Source: Eledone cirrhosa
Taxonomy: Eukaryota
Direction: 5' to 3'
Assembly (NCBI GenBank): GCA_964016885.1
Contig: OZ024747.1
Span: 31,310,001-31,374,000 of the forward strand
DNA: 64,000 nucleotides
Shown: one piece after another, positions 40,783 through 53,535 of the stretch
How positions within the stretch are numbered: the stretch's first letter is position 1
Layout of the letters: every line of letters begins with the position of its first letter
Program-made: the position numbers and the translations under genes
Notes under the pieces: model-generated
Told to the model about the DNA's origin: nothing
Database searches by the model: none
Seen by the model: the letters and a program-made list of their open reading frames with translations, nothing else

Positions 40783-42247
40783 TCATCATCATCATCATCG
40801 TTTAACGTCCGTGTTCCATGCTTGCATGGGTTTGGACGGAGGGTTTTCCCAATTCAGGCAAGAGTGGTTATCTTGCTCGCATAGGACTATCTGGCGGGTT
40901 TTCTACAGCTGGATGCCCTTCCTAACACCAACCACATTTACAGTGTGGGGCTGGGAGGTTTTTACCGTGTTGCCTACACGGCCACATTACAGCGTGAACT
41001 GTGTGTTTTTTTGACGTGACACCTATACAATCTCATTTGTTTCGGCCTGGATGTTGTGGCACCAACATAACTTTACATTGAAAGGGGCGGTGTGGATGGG
41101 ATGGGGGTGGTGGGACGGGTGTGTATTTTGTTAGAGATGCCTACTGACTGTAGTAGGTTTTACTTTGTATTTAGGTAAGGCGGGTCTTCTCTATTACTGA
41201 GTACCGCCAAAGGTCTCGGTCCAGTGACATTGTCTTGGTGAGGTGTAAGTGTGTGAGGTCGGAATTTATCAGCTCGTCCCAAGTTTTTCTGGGTCTGCCT
41301 ATTCCGTGGCTACCATCTATCTTTATTGCCCTGCACTTTGTTATACAGCTATCGTCCTTCATGCGCATCACGTGACCATACCAACGTAGCCTTCTCTCGA
41401 GTAAACAACATCTGATCCCTCTTATTTTTAATTTTTTCCTTAGTTCGTTTATGCTTTGCCGTTCACATATATTACTATTACACATCCAAGCATGCAAGCT
41501 TCGTTTCTCTCTAGTCTGCGTATATCCTCTGCACACAATGCCCAGGTCTCACTGCCATGCAACATTGCTGTTCGTATGCACGCATCGTACAACCTGCCTT
41601 TCATTTTTAGGGAGAACCCCTTAGCGTCTAATAGTGGTATGAGCTCTCTGAACTTTTTCCACCCAGTTCTGACTCTAGCTACTGTACTTTCAGAGCACCC
41701 TCCCCCACTGCTGATTTTGTCACCCAGGTAACGGAAGCTGTCCACTATTTCTATAGAACCCTCTGCGCAGTTGAAAGAGCTAGTATTTTTGGGGCACTTG
41801 CTGCTACTTATATCCCCAGAACACCGGCCACATGTAAAATCTATGTTCTTAGTTAGCTTACCTGTGATCCCACTACATCTTTTATGCACCCAAACTTTGC
41901 ATTTGGGACACAAAATGGAGTTTCTACCTACGCCTTTCCTACACTCTGAGCATGGCCACTTCCCGGAGGAGACCGCCGCCTTATTTTCTTTCTTACAAAC
42001 TAGAACTTTAGTCTTAGCCAGGTTAATTTTAAGGCCTTTTGATTCTAGGCCGTGCTTCCATGTTTGGAATTTCTTCTCTAGCTCGGCCATTGTTTCAGCT
42101 ATGAGCGTTAGATCATCTGCGTATAGGAGTTCCCATGGGCAGCCGGTCTTGAACTCCTCTGTTATAGCCTGGAGGGCAATAATAAATAGTAGGGGGCTAA
42201 AACAGAGCCCTGATGAACACCAACTTTTACACTAAACTCTTCACTTG
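40783..42247 (-). mobile_element. RTE-clade LINE, 5'-truncated
   Basis: Same family as 26892-28257; (GAT)n tail at 40783. Confidence 0.92.
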
Positions 42248-42377
42248 TATATATATATACATACATACGTTTTCAATGCACCCAGCCGATTAACCCACTC
42301 GATATGCAAATTGGGCTACTCAGCCGTTAATATGCATAAGTTAAGTATATACGTTCAACAATCTGGCAGGAAGGTAT

Positions 42378-42420
42378 ACATTGCTGATGATAGCTAATAA
42401 GCTTGAAACTAGTACAGCGT
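42378..42420 (+). ncRNA. Minimal type I hammerhead ribozyme (other copy 40528-40570, minus strand)
   Basis: acattg-CTGATGA-tAGCT-aata-AGCTt-GAAA-CTAG-TA-cagcgt. The minus-strand copy has CTGACGA and a fully paired acgttg/cagcgt stem I. Confidence 0.8.
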
Positions 42421-42638
42421 TCCTTTGTCAATGTTGAACAAATGAGCAACGATGGTTGCTGGACACTACGGCTTAATACGGGATGTTTGTTTACAAACAC
42501 ACCGAGCATTATAATAAATGTTCGGTGAATCCATACGTACATATATATATATGTGTACGTATATATATATATACATAATACTGTACGTCTGTATACATAT
42601 ATGTATGTACGTGTACATACTTATATGTATATATATAA

Positions 42639-42678
<40 letters not shown>

Positions 42679-42721
42679 TGCAAGCAGGGAAAAGCGGACG
42701 TAAAATGAAAAAGAAAAAAAA

Positions 42722-42754
<33 letters not shown>

Positions 42755-42765
42755 TATGTATATAT

Positions 42766-42767
<2 letters not shown>

Positions 42768-42804
<37 letters not shown>

Positions 42805-43709
42805 GTTTACCGTCCATCTTCCACGCTTGCATGGGTTTGGATGGGAGTTTTCCCACTTGAGGCAAGATTGGTTGTCTTGATCGTATAGGACTGTCTGGCG
42901 GGTTTTCTACGGCTGGATGCCCTTCCTAACACCAATCACGTTTACAGTGTGGACTGTGAGGTTTTTACCATGTTACCTACACGGCCACAATACAGCGTGG
43001 ACTGTGTTTTTTTTTTTCGTGACACCTAAACGACCTCATTTATTTCGGACTGGATGTTGTGGTACCAACATAACATTACATCGAAAGAGGTGGTGTAAAT
43101 GGGGTGTGTGTGTGTGTGGGGGGGGGACCGGTGGTATATTTTTGTTAGTGGTACCTACTGACTGTAGGTTTCGCTTTGTACTTAGGCAAAGATCTTGGTC
43201 CAGTGACATTGTCGTGGAGAGGTGTAAGTGTGTGAGGTCGGAATTTATCAAGTCGTCCCAGGTTTTTCTGGGTCTGCCTACCATCTATTTTTATCGCCCT
43301 GCACTTTTTGGTACAGCTGTCGTCTTTCATGCGCATCACGTGACCATATCAACGTAGTCTTCTCTCGAGTAAACAACATCTGATTCCTCTTATTCCTAAT
43401 TTCTCCCTTAGTTCATTTATGCTTTGCCGTTCACGTATATTACTTTTACACATCCAACGGAGCATGCAAGCTTCGTTCCTCTCCAGTCTGCGTATATCCT
43501 CTTCACACAATGCCCAAGTCTCACTGCCATGTAACATTGCTGTTCGTATGCAGGCATCATACAGCCTGCCTTTCATTTTTAGAGAGAACCCTTTAGCGGC
43601 CAATAGTGATATAAGTTCTCTGAACTTTTTCCATCCCATTCCGACTCTAGCTACTGTACTTTCAGAGCACCATCCACCACTGCTGATTTTGTCACCCAGG
43701 TAACGGAAG

Positions 43710-43711
<2 letters not shown>
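42768..43711 (-). mobile_element. RTE-clade LINE, 5'-truncated
   Basis: ORFs 43349-43639 and neighbours; long (GAT)n tail; TA tracts on both sides. Confidence 0.9.
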
Positions 43712-43787
<76 letters not shown>

Positions 43788-43968
43788 TATATTTAAGTGT
43801 TAAACAAGATTCAATGAATACATCAAAGAATGAGTTTTACAATAGTTTGGAAGCACTCTAAAGTAATTATTTTCCAGAGTTATTAATATTAATTCAAAAT
43901 ATTAACAAAATACTACCTTGATTAAACCTTAATCATCTACCATATCTGGGTATGTCATGTATCATTTT

Positions 43969-44033
43969 ATTTTATCTGATGAGGACGTACTGTTGAACTT
44001 AGTTCAGTAACTCTGAAATATGTATAATAAAAT
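43969..44033 (+). ncRNA. Type I hammerhead ribozyme related to 25701-25761
   Basis: ATTTTAT-CTGATGA-ggacgTACTG..CAGTAactct-GAAA-TATGTA-TA-ATAAAAT. Confidence 0.7.
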
Positions 44034-44216
44034 ATAATTGTTCACAAGGATATCTATTTTGTTAATATTTTGAATTAATATTATATATATATATATACAT
44101 ATATATGTATGTATGTATACATATATATATATATATATACACATACATATGTATGTATATATATATATATACATACACATGTATATATATATACATATGT
44201 ATGTATATATATATAC

Positions 44217-44346
<130 letters not shown>

Positions 44347-44384
44347 GTAAATATATACATATATATGAATAAATATATATATAT

Positions 44385-44578
44385 ATATAACAAAGGAGTT
44401 GGGTAAGGAACTAGATAGACCATAACGCACCAGAATACTCAATACTTATGGTAGTAGAGTGGGTAATAGGAAAATGTATGACCCCGACGGCAGAGCTCAG
44501 GCCGTTTCGGCGGCTATTTCCAGAAATAGCCGTTGAAATGGCTTGAGCTCTGCCGTCGAGGTCAAACATTTTCCTATA
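44385..44578. mobile_element. PLE-type end with a snap-back (44466-44576) keeping only the 3' half of an HHR; family also at 25545-25602, 25868-25948 and 48185-48325
   Basis: GAAA-CGGC-(c/t)tgagctct-GCCG-TC (GUC site); the apex lies upstream of GAAA. Confidence 0.7.
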
Positions 44579-44647
44579 TATATATGTATATACTTAGGGT
44601 AAACATTGATGCAATTCAATTCAAGCACTAAACGTACTTTTTCCACA

Positions 44648-44806
44648 TAGGAGTCACGGATTAAATATCGAATAAGTAAAAGCGAAGTAGTTTCAGATGT
44701 TCAAGTCCTTTGGAAACATAACCTTATTATGTAACAAGCTGTCTGATGATGTCACGACACTCGCACACAGAACAGTGTGGCCAGTGTCGTCATTGAAATA
44801 TATATA
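44648..44806 (+). ncRNA. HHR-bearing segment running into (TA)n; inverted copy at ~46455-46612
   Basis: CTGATGA-TGtcACGACACT-cgCACAC..GTGTGgcc-AGTGTCGTCAtt-GAAA-TATATA...; the 3' strand of stem I is lost. Confidence 0.65.
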
Positions 44807-44857
44807 TGTATATATATATATATATATACATACATATGTATATATATATATATATAT

Positions 44858-46362
44858 ATTTATTAAACAACAGATTAAAGTTTAAGCAAAGAATCGCTGC
44901 TTTCACCCTTAACGGGATCTTCTGAAACTAACAAAGTCAATCTGTAAACGCAGAACTGGATATTTCAAAAAACATTGCAACCGGAGGAAGACAGGAAGAC
45001 GATACTTTGGTTCGTGGAAATGTTCGCTGGCTAAGAACGGGTAGAAACGAATATAATACGTCATTAATAGGAGCGGTGAAAAACTACGCGCAAAGACAGA
45101 ACCACGTTTATAGTATAATAGAGGTCGTAGACTAATGTTCTATTCGGTGGTGCATAGAGACGTTCTCTGGCGATGAATGAAAAAAACGAAGATAATACAT
45201 CATATGTGGAGCGTGGAGAACAATAGCACGCAAAGACAAAACCACGTAAATGGTATAGCAGAAGTCGTAGACTAAATTCTAACTAGGAGACCGAATGAAT
45301 CTCCGCTACGAAGTTAAGAACAAAGTAAATTAATACAATACAGAAGTAATAGAAATAAATAAATACATACACGCAAACAGAAACGTACATACACAAGCAT
45401 ACTCAAAAACTTACCATAGGTAAACAAAACCACGCACATATAAATATGTGTGTGTGTGTAAGCGTGTATACAAATAAATAAATTATATAAACGTATATAA
45501 ATAAATAAATACGTATATAACAAGCGCACACACATACCTACATGTAAATACACGAATGTTCGGACACGTAAGTCAACCAAAACATGAAGTACACATATAC
45601 ACACGCCCTACATACGTAAGAACCTGCACACTCACACAGACGCAAAACTCCCGTATACACATAGTCGAACCATATATACCAGAATATATAAAAAAATTAT
45701 ACGCCATAACAATCAAATATACGTACGAGAAGGTATACATACCTTCACAAAACATACGGATAATATATACTTACCTATGCAAATAAGTAAAGGTATAAAC
45801 AAAACATATACTTAGCTCCCACATCGAGACGTAAAATATCCACGTATAGATCGTACTATCCGTTAGGGTATAACGTGGGGCTGTAATACAGGAAAGTTTT
45901 GTGCAATTTATGTTTACAAGCCGAAATTGCCTCAGATTTTTTATTTAAGATGTAGTCTGTGGCGTAGAGTATTTCCATGGTCTTTTATTTCCGTTATACG
46001 ATCTAGCCCTCGCTAGGATCTCCCAGTGTAACTTATATTGGGTGTGGTTGTCTTTTAGACTCCAGATATAAGCTGAAAGTGACGTCATATTCCTTCTTAA
46101 AGGGTAACGTAAAGAATGGGTATGCATGTAAAGATGGTGCTTGAATCTAACGCTAATGGTCTTAGCTAATGGTATTGACTTTGTTAGTTTCAGAAGATCC
46201 CGTTAAGGGTGAAAGCAGCGATTCTTTGCTTAAACTTTAATCTGTTATTTAATAAATATTTGCTCTACGGTTCTTATATATTTGATATATATTTATCCTT
46301 ATCGAGCCCTCTTTGGATTTCAGTCTTCAAATTTATTCAAATTTATTCAAATTTATTATTAT

Positions 46363-46368
<6 letters not shown>
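44858..46368 (-). mobile_element. 5'-truncated PLE (GIY-YIG remnant) with inverted pseudo-LTR
   Basis: HTHSLRYPLRRNMTSLSAYIWSLKDNHTQYKLHWEILARARSY.. / LNKKSEAISACKHKL. 44858-44940 is inverted at 46176-46256. Confidence 0.8.
46187..46235 (+). ncRNA. Hammerhead variant with a CAGAAGA core (minus-strand copies at ~44880-44928 and ~53954-54003)
   Basis: GTTT-CAGAAGA-tCCC-gttaa-GGGt-GAAA-GCA-gcgattctt-TGC-TT-AAAC. Confidence 0.6.
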
Positions 46369-46457
<89 letters not shown>

Positions 46458-46619
46458 TAGATTTCAATGACGACACTGGCCACACTGTTCTGTGTGCGAG
46501 TGTCGTGACATCATCAGACAGGTTGTTACATAATAAGGTTATGTTTCCGAAGGACTTGAACATCTGAAACTACTTCGCTTTTACTTATTCGATATTTACT
46601 CCGTCACTCCTAGAGAGAG

Positions 46620-47842
46620 AGAGAGAAAGCAAAATAGGGCACAGGTGCCCTCAGGGAAATGGCCATGCTCAGTGTGTAGGAAAGGAGTAGGCAGAAATTC
46701 CATTTTATGTCCCAAATGCAAACTATGGGTACATAAAAGATGTAGTGGGATCACAGGTAAACTATCTAAGAACGTAGACTTTATATGTGGCCAATGCTCA
46801 GGTGCAATAAGTAGCAAGTGTCCACAGGATACTAGCTCCTTCTATTGCACAGATGGTTCTATAGAAAAAGCAGACACTTTCCGTTACCTGGTTGACGAAA
46901 TCAGCAGTGGTGGGGGGTGCTCTGAAAGTACAGTAGCCAGAGTCAGAACAGGATGGAAGAAGTTCAGAGAGCTTATACCGCTGTTGGCCATAAAAGGTTT
47001 CTCTCTAAAAATGAAAGGCAGATTGCATGATGCATGTATACGAACAGCAATGCTACATGGCAGTGAGACATGGGCATTACGTGCAGAAGACCTGCGCAGA
47101 CTGGAAAGGAACGAAGCATGCATGCTCCGTTGGATGTGTAATAGTAATATACGTGAACAGCAAAGCATAAATGAACTAAATAAGTAATTAGGAATAAGAG
47201 GGATCAGATGCTGTTTACTTGAGAGAAGACTACATTGGTATGGTCACGTGATGTGCATGAAAGACGACAGCTGCATAAAAAAGTGCAGGGCAATCAAAAT
47301 TGATGGTAGTTACAGAGTAGGTAGAGACAGAGAAACCTGGGATGATCTGATAAATTCCGACCTTACACACTTACACCTCTCTAAGACAGTCACTGGACCG
47401 AGATCTTTGGCGCTACTCAGTAATACAGAAGACCCGCCTTGCCTATGTACAAAACGAAACCTACAGTCAGTAGGCACCTCTTAACCAAATATACACGCCA
47501 ATCCACTACCTCTACCCTATCCTCCCATTCCCAGCAACACCACCCTCTCTCTGTAAAGTTGGTACCACAACATCCTGTCCAAATAAATGAGATAATGAGA
47601 TCGAGAAAAAAACACACAGTCCATGCTGTAATATGGCCGTGTAGGTAACACAGTAAAAAGTTCCCAGTTCCACACTGTAAATGTGGTTGGTGTTAGGAAG
47701 GGCATCCAGCCATAGAAAACCTGCCAGATAGTCCTATATGAGCGAGAACGGTCACCCGACCAGCCTTGCCTCAAGTGGGACAACTCCCATCTAACCCATA
47801 CTAGTGTGGAAGATGGACGTTAAACGATGATGATGATGATGA
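46620..47842 (+). mobile_element. RTE-clade LINE, 5'-truncated
   Basis: 180-aa ORF with the PHD-like finger and RT C-terminus; 3' UTR; (GAT)n tail. Confidence 0.92.
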
Positions 47843-47859
47843 TATACATACATTTGGAT

Positions 47860-48101
47860 ATATAAGCAGAAGGGATATTCAATTCGTTGATAATTCAACA
47901 AATATAAATGTTTATAACTGATTCAGAACACTCAACAACTTTTCTGGAGTTTAATATACAATGATATTAGATAAAAGGAAACTATATTTATAAAACCATA
48001 TTTATTCTATTATATATATTTCAAGGGTACCAAAATGTTGGTACCCTTGAAATATATATAATAGAATAAATATGGTTTCCATTTATTTAATATCATTGTA
48101 C

Positions 48102-48105
<4 letters not shown>
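47860..48105. mobile_element. PLE-type end with a snap-back centred on HHR stem II (core 47993-48078); same family at 11045-11228 and 25700-25805
   Basis: tttcaagggtacca-aaatgt-tggtacccttgaaa palindrome. Confidence 0.72.
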
Positions 48106-48154
<49 letters not shown>

Positions 48155-48362
48155 CATATGTATTTCAGGGCTAAATTAGAATTTAGTCCAGAAATATCTG
48201 TCGAAAAGTCTCGAGCTCTGCCATCGGGGTTAAACTTTTTTCTATTACCCACTCTACTACCCTAAGTATTGAGTACTCTGGTGCGTTATGGTCCATCTGG
48301 TTCCTTACTACACTTCCTTCGTCATATATATATATAAAGTTACAGCATCGTGAGAGAGGATA

Positions 48363-49215
48363 GAGAAAGGTGTAGGTAGGAGCTCCATCCTCTGCCCCAA
48401 ATACAAACAATGGGTACACAAGAGATGTAGTGGGATCTCAGGAAGCTTAACTAACAATGTAGGCTTTACATGTAGCAGCTGCACTGGGACAGCAAGCAGT
48501 AAACAGCCACAGGAAACAAGCACCACCAAACTCTGGGAAGGCTCTGTAGAAACAGTAGACAGCTTCTGCTACCTAGGTGACTGAATTAGCAGCAGAGGTG
48601 GCTTTTCTGAAAGTACAATAACTAGGGTAAGAACGGGATGGAAGAAGTTCAGGGAGCTACTGCCACTGCTAGCTGCAAAAGGCTTTTCCCTCAAAATGAA
48701 AGGCAGACTATATGATGCGTGTATACGAACAGCAATGTTACATGGTAGTGAGACCTGGGCGCTGTCTGTGGAAGACTTGCGTAGATTAGAGAGAAACAAA
48801 GCTTGCATGCTCCGAAGGATGTGTAATAATAATATACGTGAACGGCAAAGCATAAACGAATTGAAAGAGAGACTGAGCATAAGAGGAATCAAATGCTGTG
48901 TGCAGGAGAGGAGGTTGTGTTGGTATGGACATGTGATGTGTATGAAGGATGACAGCTGCATAACAATGTGCAGAACACTAGAAGTCGATGGAAGCTATGG
49001 AGTGGGGAGACCCTAGAAAACCTGGGATGAAGTGATAAAAGCCGACCTTACCAAAGTACACCTCTCAAAGGAAATGACACAGGACCGTGACCTCTTGCGT
49101 AACGCAGTAATACAGAGGACATGACCCCCCACAGGTATAAGCTGAAGCTGAAGCATATAGACAATATGGCCCTACCCCCTCCCACTGCAAAGTGGTCGTG
49201 GAGGCATGATGATGG
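48363..49215 (+). mobile_element. RTE-clade LINE fragment
   Basis: KGVGRSSILCPKYKQWVHKRCSG..YDACIRTAMLHGSETW..GRP; short (GAT)n tail joined to TA. Confidence 0.88.
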
Positions 49216-49231
49216 CATGTATACATACATA

Positions 49232-49315
<84 letters not shown>

Positions 49316-49469
49316 GATTTAACCAGCTTTAAACTAGAAAACCATTATACTTGGGATAGTAGAGTATGACTATATTAGAAAAATCCAAGACCCATTGGCT
49401 GAACTCATGCCATTTCAACAGCTAATTCCAGATTAGAATTAGCTGCAAGAGCTAAGCCATCAGTTTCTG

Positions 49470-50035
49470 ACTATTGATAGCTTCCAATACCTAGGTGATC
49501 AGATTAGCAAGGGAGGAGGATGCTCCAAGGACATAGTGTCTTGAATATGGACAGTATACAAGATGTTTCGAGAGCTGCTTTCTACGTTGACAATGAAATG
49601 TTTCTCCTTATGATCAAAAGGTTGGTTATATGATGCTGATGTGCGATGTTGCATGGTAGTGACTCATGGGCAGCAAATGTGGAGGATATGCGACGGCTGG
49701 AGAGATATGAAGCAAGCTCCGATGGATGTGCATGAACAACCAAGCATAGACGAGTTGAGAGTGAAACTGTGTATAAGAGGGACAAACTGTAGTGTGCGGG
49801 AGAGAAGACTGCATTGGTATGGAATATGACTGCTGGGTGAAGAAGTGCCAAGAAATCCCAGTGGAAAGAAGACACATTAGAGGAAGACCACGAAAAACAT
49901 GGGCGGAGTTGGTGAGAGCTGACCTCAAATCACTGAAGCTCACGGAGGAGATGAGAAAGGACCGTGACGAATGGGGAGATGCTGTGCTGAATAGGAATCA
50001 TCCCACCCTTGCAAGCAGAGAAAAGCAGAGGTAAA
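49470..50035 (+). mobile_element. Decayed RTE fragment (subfamily of 31800-33948)
   Basis: DSFQYLG..WVKKCQEIPVE..RGRPRKTWAE. Confidence 0.85.
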
Positions 50036-50359
50036 ATTACTATTTTATCAAAGTTACAATATTTACAATATTCGACCATTGAAATATGATTCCTGAATTT
50101 TAACTAAAGTAGGAATTATAGCAGAATATCTACTGACGTTTGTTTAAAGTAGATAAAAATATTACTAGTTTTGTCCAGTGGTGATTTTTTTAAATACTGC
50201 TCCCTTTTACAGTCAGCATATATAGCACTTCCTCATTTTTGTAATTCAGGAAAGTTTATCTAAATGTGTGTAAGTGTGGTAAATATATACATATACACCA
50301 GGAACCAAATTCCCACTGTCACTGCCTCCATCTCTTCCGATCTCCTCATCACTCACTAT

Positions 50360-50680
50360 TATGAGCAAATGGGGGCCCACACGCTGGCTGCCCAGCAGCC
50401 CCGGCGGTTGGAATAGAGGATGATGAGGGAGACGCGTTGGAAAATTCATTCTGGCTTGCGAGGCTCACCTCTGCAGGTAGCCAACTCTGTGCCGATGGTG
50501 GTGAGTTGGGAGGTAGCCCTAGAGCCAAGGACACCAGTAGTCTTCATTGCTATGGGCTCAACAACAAATCTGTCGGAGGGCGACCAATATTTGGAGAGTT
50601 TACGCTCCTTGGCCCAAAGTGCGGCAGAGCCTGGGTTAATTAACATTTTTACACTGTAGCTTTCACCAACTTTTACTTCT
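50360..50680 (-). mobile_element. CRE-clade-like non-LTR retrotransposon 3' fragment (restriction-like endonuclease C-terminus)
   Basis: PGSAALWAKERKLSKY..FVVEPIAMKTTGVLGSRA..LTTIGTELA..GEPRKPE*IFQRVSLII matches the recalled CRE pattern AA..AE.RK..KY..F.P.A.ET.G.LG..FQR.S. Confidence 0.65.
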
Positions 50681-50768
50681 ATGGCAGTAGGATCTTGTTT
50701 GAGGGAGATTTGTTTTCTATTTTAGGTACACCAACAGTTATAGTGGCTTCATAACATACATACACATG

Positions 50769-50829
<61 letters not shown>

Positions 50830-50911
50830 CTGTTCGATGTGATTTGAAATGGATTTTGCTAATATTTCTAATAGATCGAGGTGTCACATACAACCTTTCC
50901 TTTTTGCTTCA

Positions 50912-50950
<39 letters not shown>

Positions 50951-51399
50951 CAGTAGACTGGGACATGTATATATATCTAATTAAGTATGGTGATTAACAC
51001 ACACACACACACACACACACTTGTCTCTAATTTAAGAATGCTGAGACACACACACACACACGCTCACATACACACAGTGCCATTAGGACTTTTGTGAAAG
51101 AGAGAGAGAAAGAGAAGTAACGTTAAGAAAGGAGTTAGTTAAGAAGTGTTTAAAAATAAATAAATAAAAGTTAGTTATCGAACTATGCTATCATTTTTCT
51201 GTTTTCTTTCTCTCTCTTCCCTAATCCTCGCTATCTCTTCCTTTGGCTTTCTTTCTCTCTCTCTCTTTGATCCCCCCTCACTCTTATCCTCTCCCTCTCA
51301 TCCCCTCTCTTTCTCTCTTATCTCATCTCTCTCTTTCTCTACAGAATGAAGAACAAAAAACCAAATAAGTTGTTGCCTCGTTTTGTGGGAGGAGAAAGG

Positions 51400-51587
51400 G
51401 GAGTATTGGGAGGGAGGGTTTAATGTCTCCTGGGGTTCCATTACTGATTTTTATTGAAATCCAATTATCCAGTCCTGTTTCTGAATAATAGCTTAACATG
51501 TGTGTAAAGTTTCATCAGTATCAGATCACTGGTGTAGCACCAACTGGTTGGTTACACACAGACAGAAATTGCCATTTATATAGTAGA
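51400..51587 (-). mobile_element. Helitron-like 5' terminal remnant
   Basis: Minus strand begins A|TCTACTATATAAATGGCAATTTCTGTCTGTGTG. No 3' end was found. Confidence 0.45.
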
Positions 51588-51843
51588 TATTGTTAGTCAT
51601 ATTGCCAGTATTACCAATAAAACAAACACACGTACAATATGATTTTCTATTGTTCACTTTATTACTAGTCATTGATGAACTAACCAATAACCAGCAATAG
51701 TGAAAAAGTGAAAATCATATGGCGTGTGCTTTTTCAGTGCCAATACTGGTACCATGACCACCTCCAAGTAAAATAATATAGGTTTCAACACATGATTTCA
51801 CATCAAGTATCTTACGCAAACAAATATATACATATATACTCAT

Positions 51844-51874
<31 letters not shown>

Positions 51875-52980
51875 ATAACAAATGCAATTATATGCATTGT
51901 ATAGAGAATATTTTTGAATGCAAAATAAGAACAGCAAAATTGCTGTTTAGATCTGAAGCAAAAAAAGAAATCTTATTTTGGTTAGTAAAATAGCTGATAT
52001 GTAAACAAAGAACATAGATTATGTAATTAATTTCTATAGGATCAACTGAAAGGATTGATGAGGATTGAAAGATTGGTAACAATGTTGGTTATTTTCACAT
52101 ACCAAAAATCTATAACAAACAAGATTAAGTAAGACATATAAGATCTGTAACATTGTAATGTAGTAACAAATACATTTATATGGAGATTTAGTTGTGAATA
52201 AAAATAAAGCAATACTTTTGTAAGGGTATATAAAATGAGTTGTAACTTGACAATATTCAGGTGACAATAGATATATTCATGGAAAATTGGTGATCTGATA
52301 GAGCTTAGAAGCAAACCTTTCAGTATCTAAAGGTGAATAATGTATTTGAAAGTTTTCAACTTTTAAGTGAAAATAGCTTTAGGCTTAGCTTTCACTGAAA
52401 GACCAAATAAAGTTTGATATCAATAATTAATGAATGATTGAAGAAGTGTTGGCAAGAAATCCAATTGAAAAGGGATCAAAAGAATTAATAGGATGGTTGT
52501 TTGTATCTGTCATCTCCAGCAGAGAATGCTGTGTGATGCCTCCAAGAGAAACAACTATAAAATGAATATCAAAGACAGCAGGAGTGTACCACAGTCAAAA
52601 TGTCATATGTATAAACTGCATAACAAACTGTAGAACATCAGATGAGTATCAAAGTGGAAGATATTTGAATATTTTACATGTGTGAGTGTATATATATATA
52701 TAGTAATAATAATAAATTTGAAGACTAAAATCCAAAGAGGGCTCGATAAGGATAAATATATATCAAATATATAAAACTAAAAAAGTCAATCTGTGAACGC
52801 AGAAGTAAATATTTCAAAAAACGTTGCAACCGGAAGAAGACAGGAAGACGATACTTTGGTTCGTGGAAACGTTCCCTGGCAAAGAACGGGAAAAAGCGAA
52901 GATAATACGTCACTCTGGTATCATACCATGAGTTTATTCTATTAACCTTATTCCTAGTTCTTTCTATTCTATTCCAAAAT

Positions 52981-53535
52981 TTGCTCCTATACAAGGGGCA
53001 GGTCCCATTCGATACAACCCCTAGAGGTGAATTAGCTTACAAATTTAGAAGGGCCCTAGATAAACATAAACTCAATATTAAGATAGTAGAAAGACCAGGC
53101 ACCTCAATAAAAACACTTAATAGCAATACATACCCTTTTCAAAGACCTCCCTGTATAGATAAGAAATGTATAATCTGTAAATTAAGCCCCCATATTAACT
53201 GTAAAACTAGAAATGTAGTATATAGCATAAGATGTACTGAAGGACAATGTAGAGATAAGAATATAGTGTACATAGGTGAGACAGCTTGTAGTATAGGGGA
53301 GCAGATAAATGAACACTGGCGAGAGCTTCAAGATAGTAAAGAATCATCTGTACTCCACCAACATGCTAAAATAGAACATAAGGGCAAATTAGAGAACATA
53401 GAAATAAAAATAGAATCTACACACAGAAAAGACGCAATGTTTAGACAAATCACAGAGGCAATAAACATAAATGAACTCCAACCCAAATTAAATAGAAAAC
53501 ATGAATGGAAAAGCAATATCACAACTTACAATTAA
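52981..53535 (+). pseudogene. PLE C-terminus: Cys linker plus CCHH-type GIY-YIG endonuclease (Neptune/Nematis-like, a different clade from the other PLEs here)
   Basis: CIDKKCIIC..CKTRNVVYSIRC..C..YIGET..EH..SVLHQHAKIEH..RQITEAINI..LNRKHEW. Confidence 0.88.
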
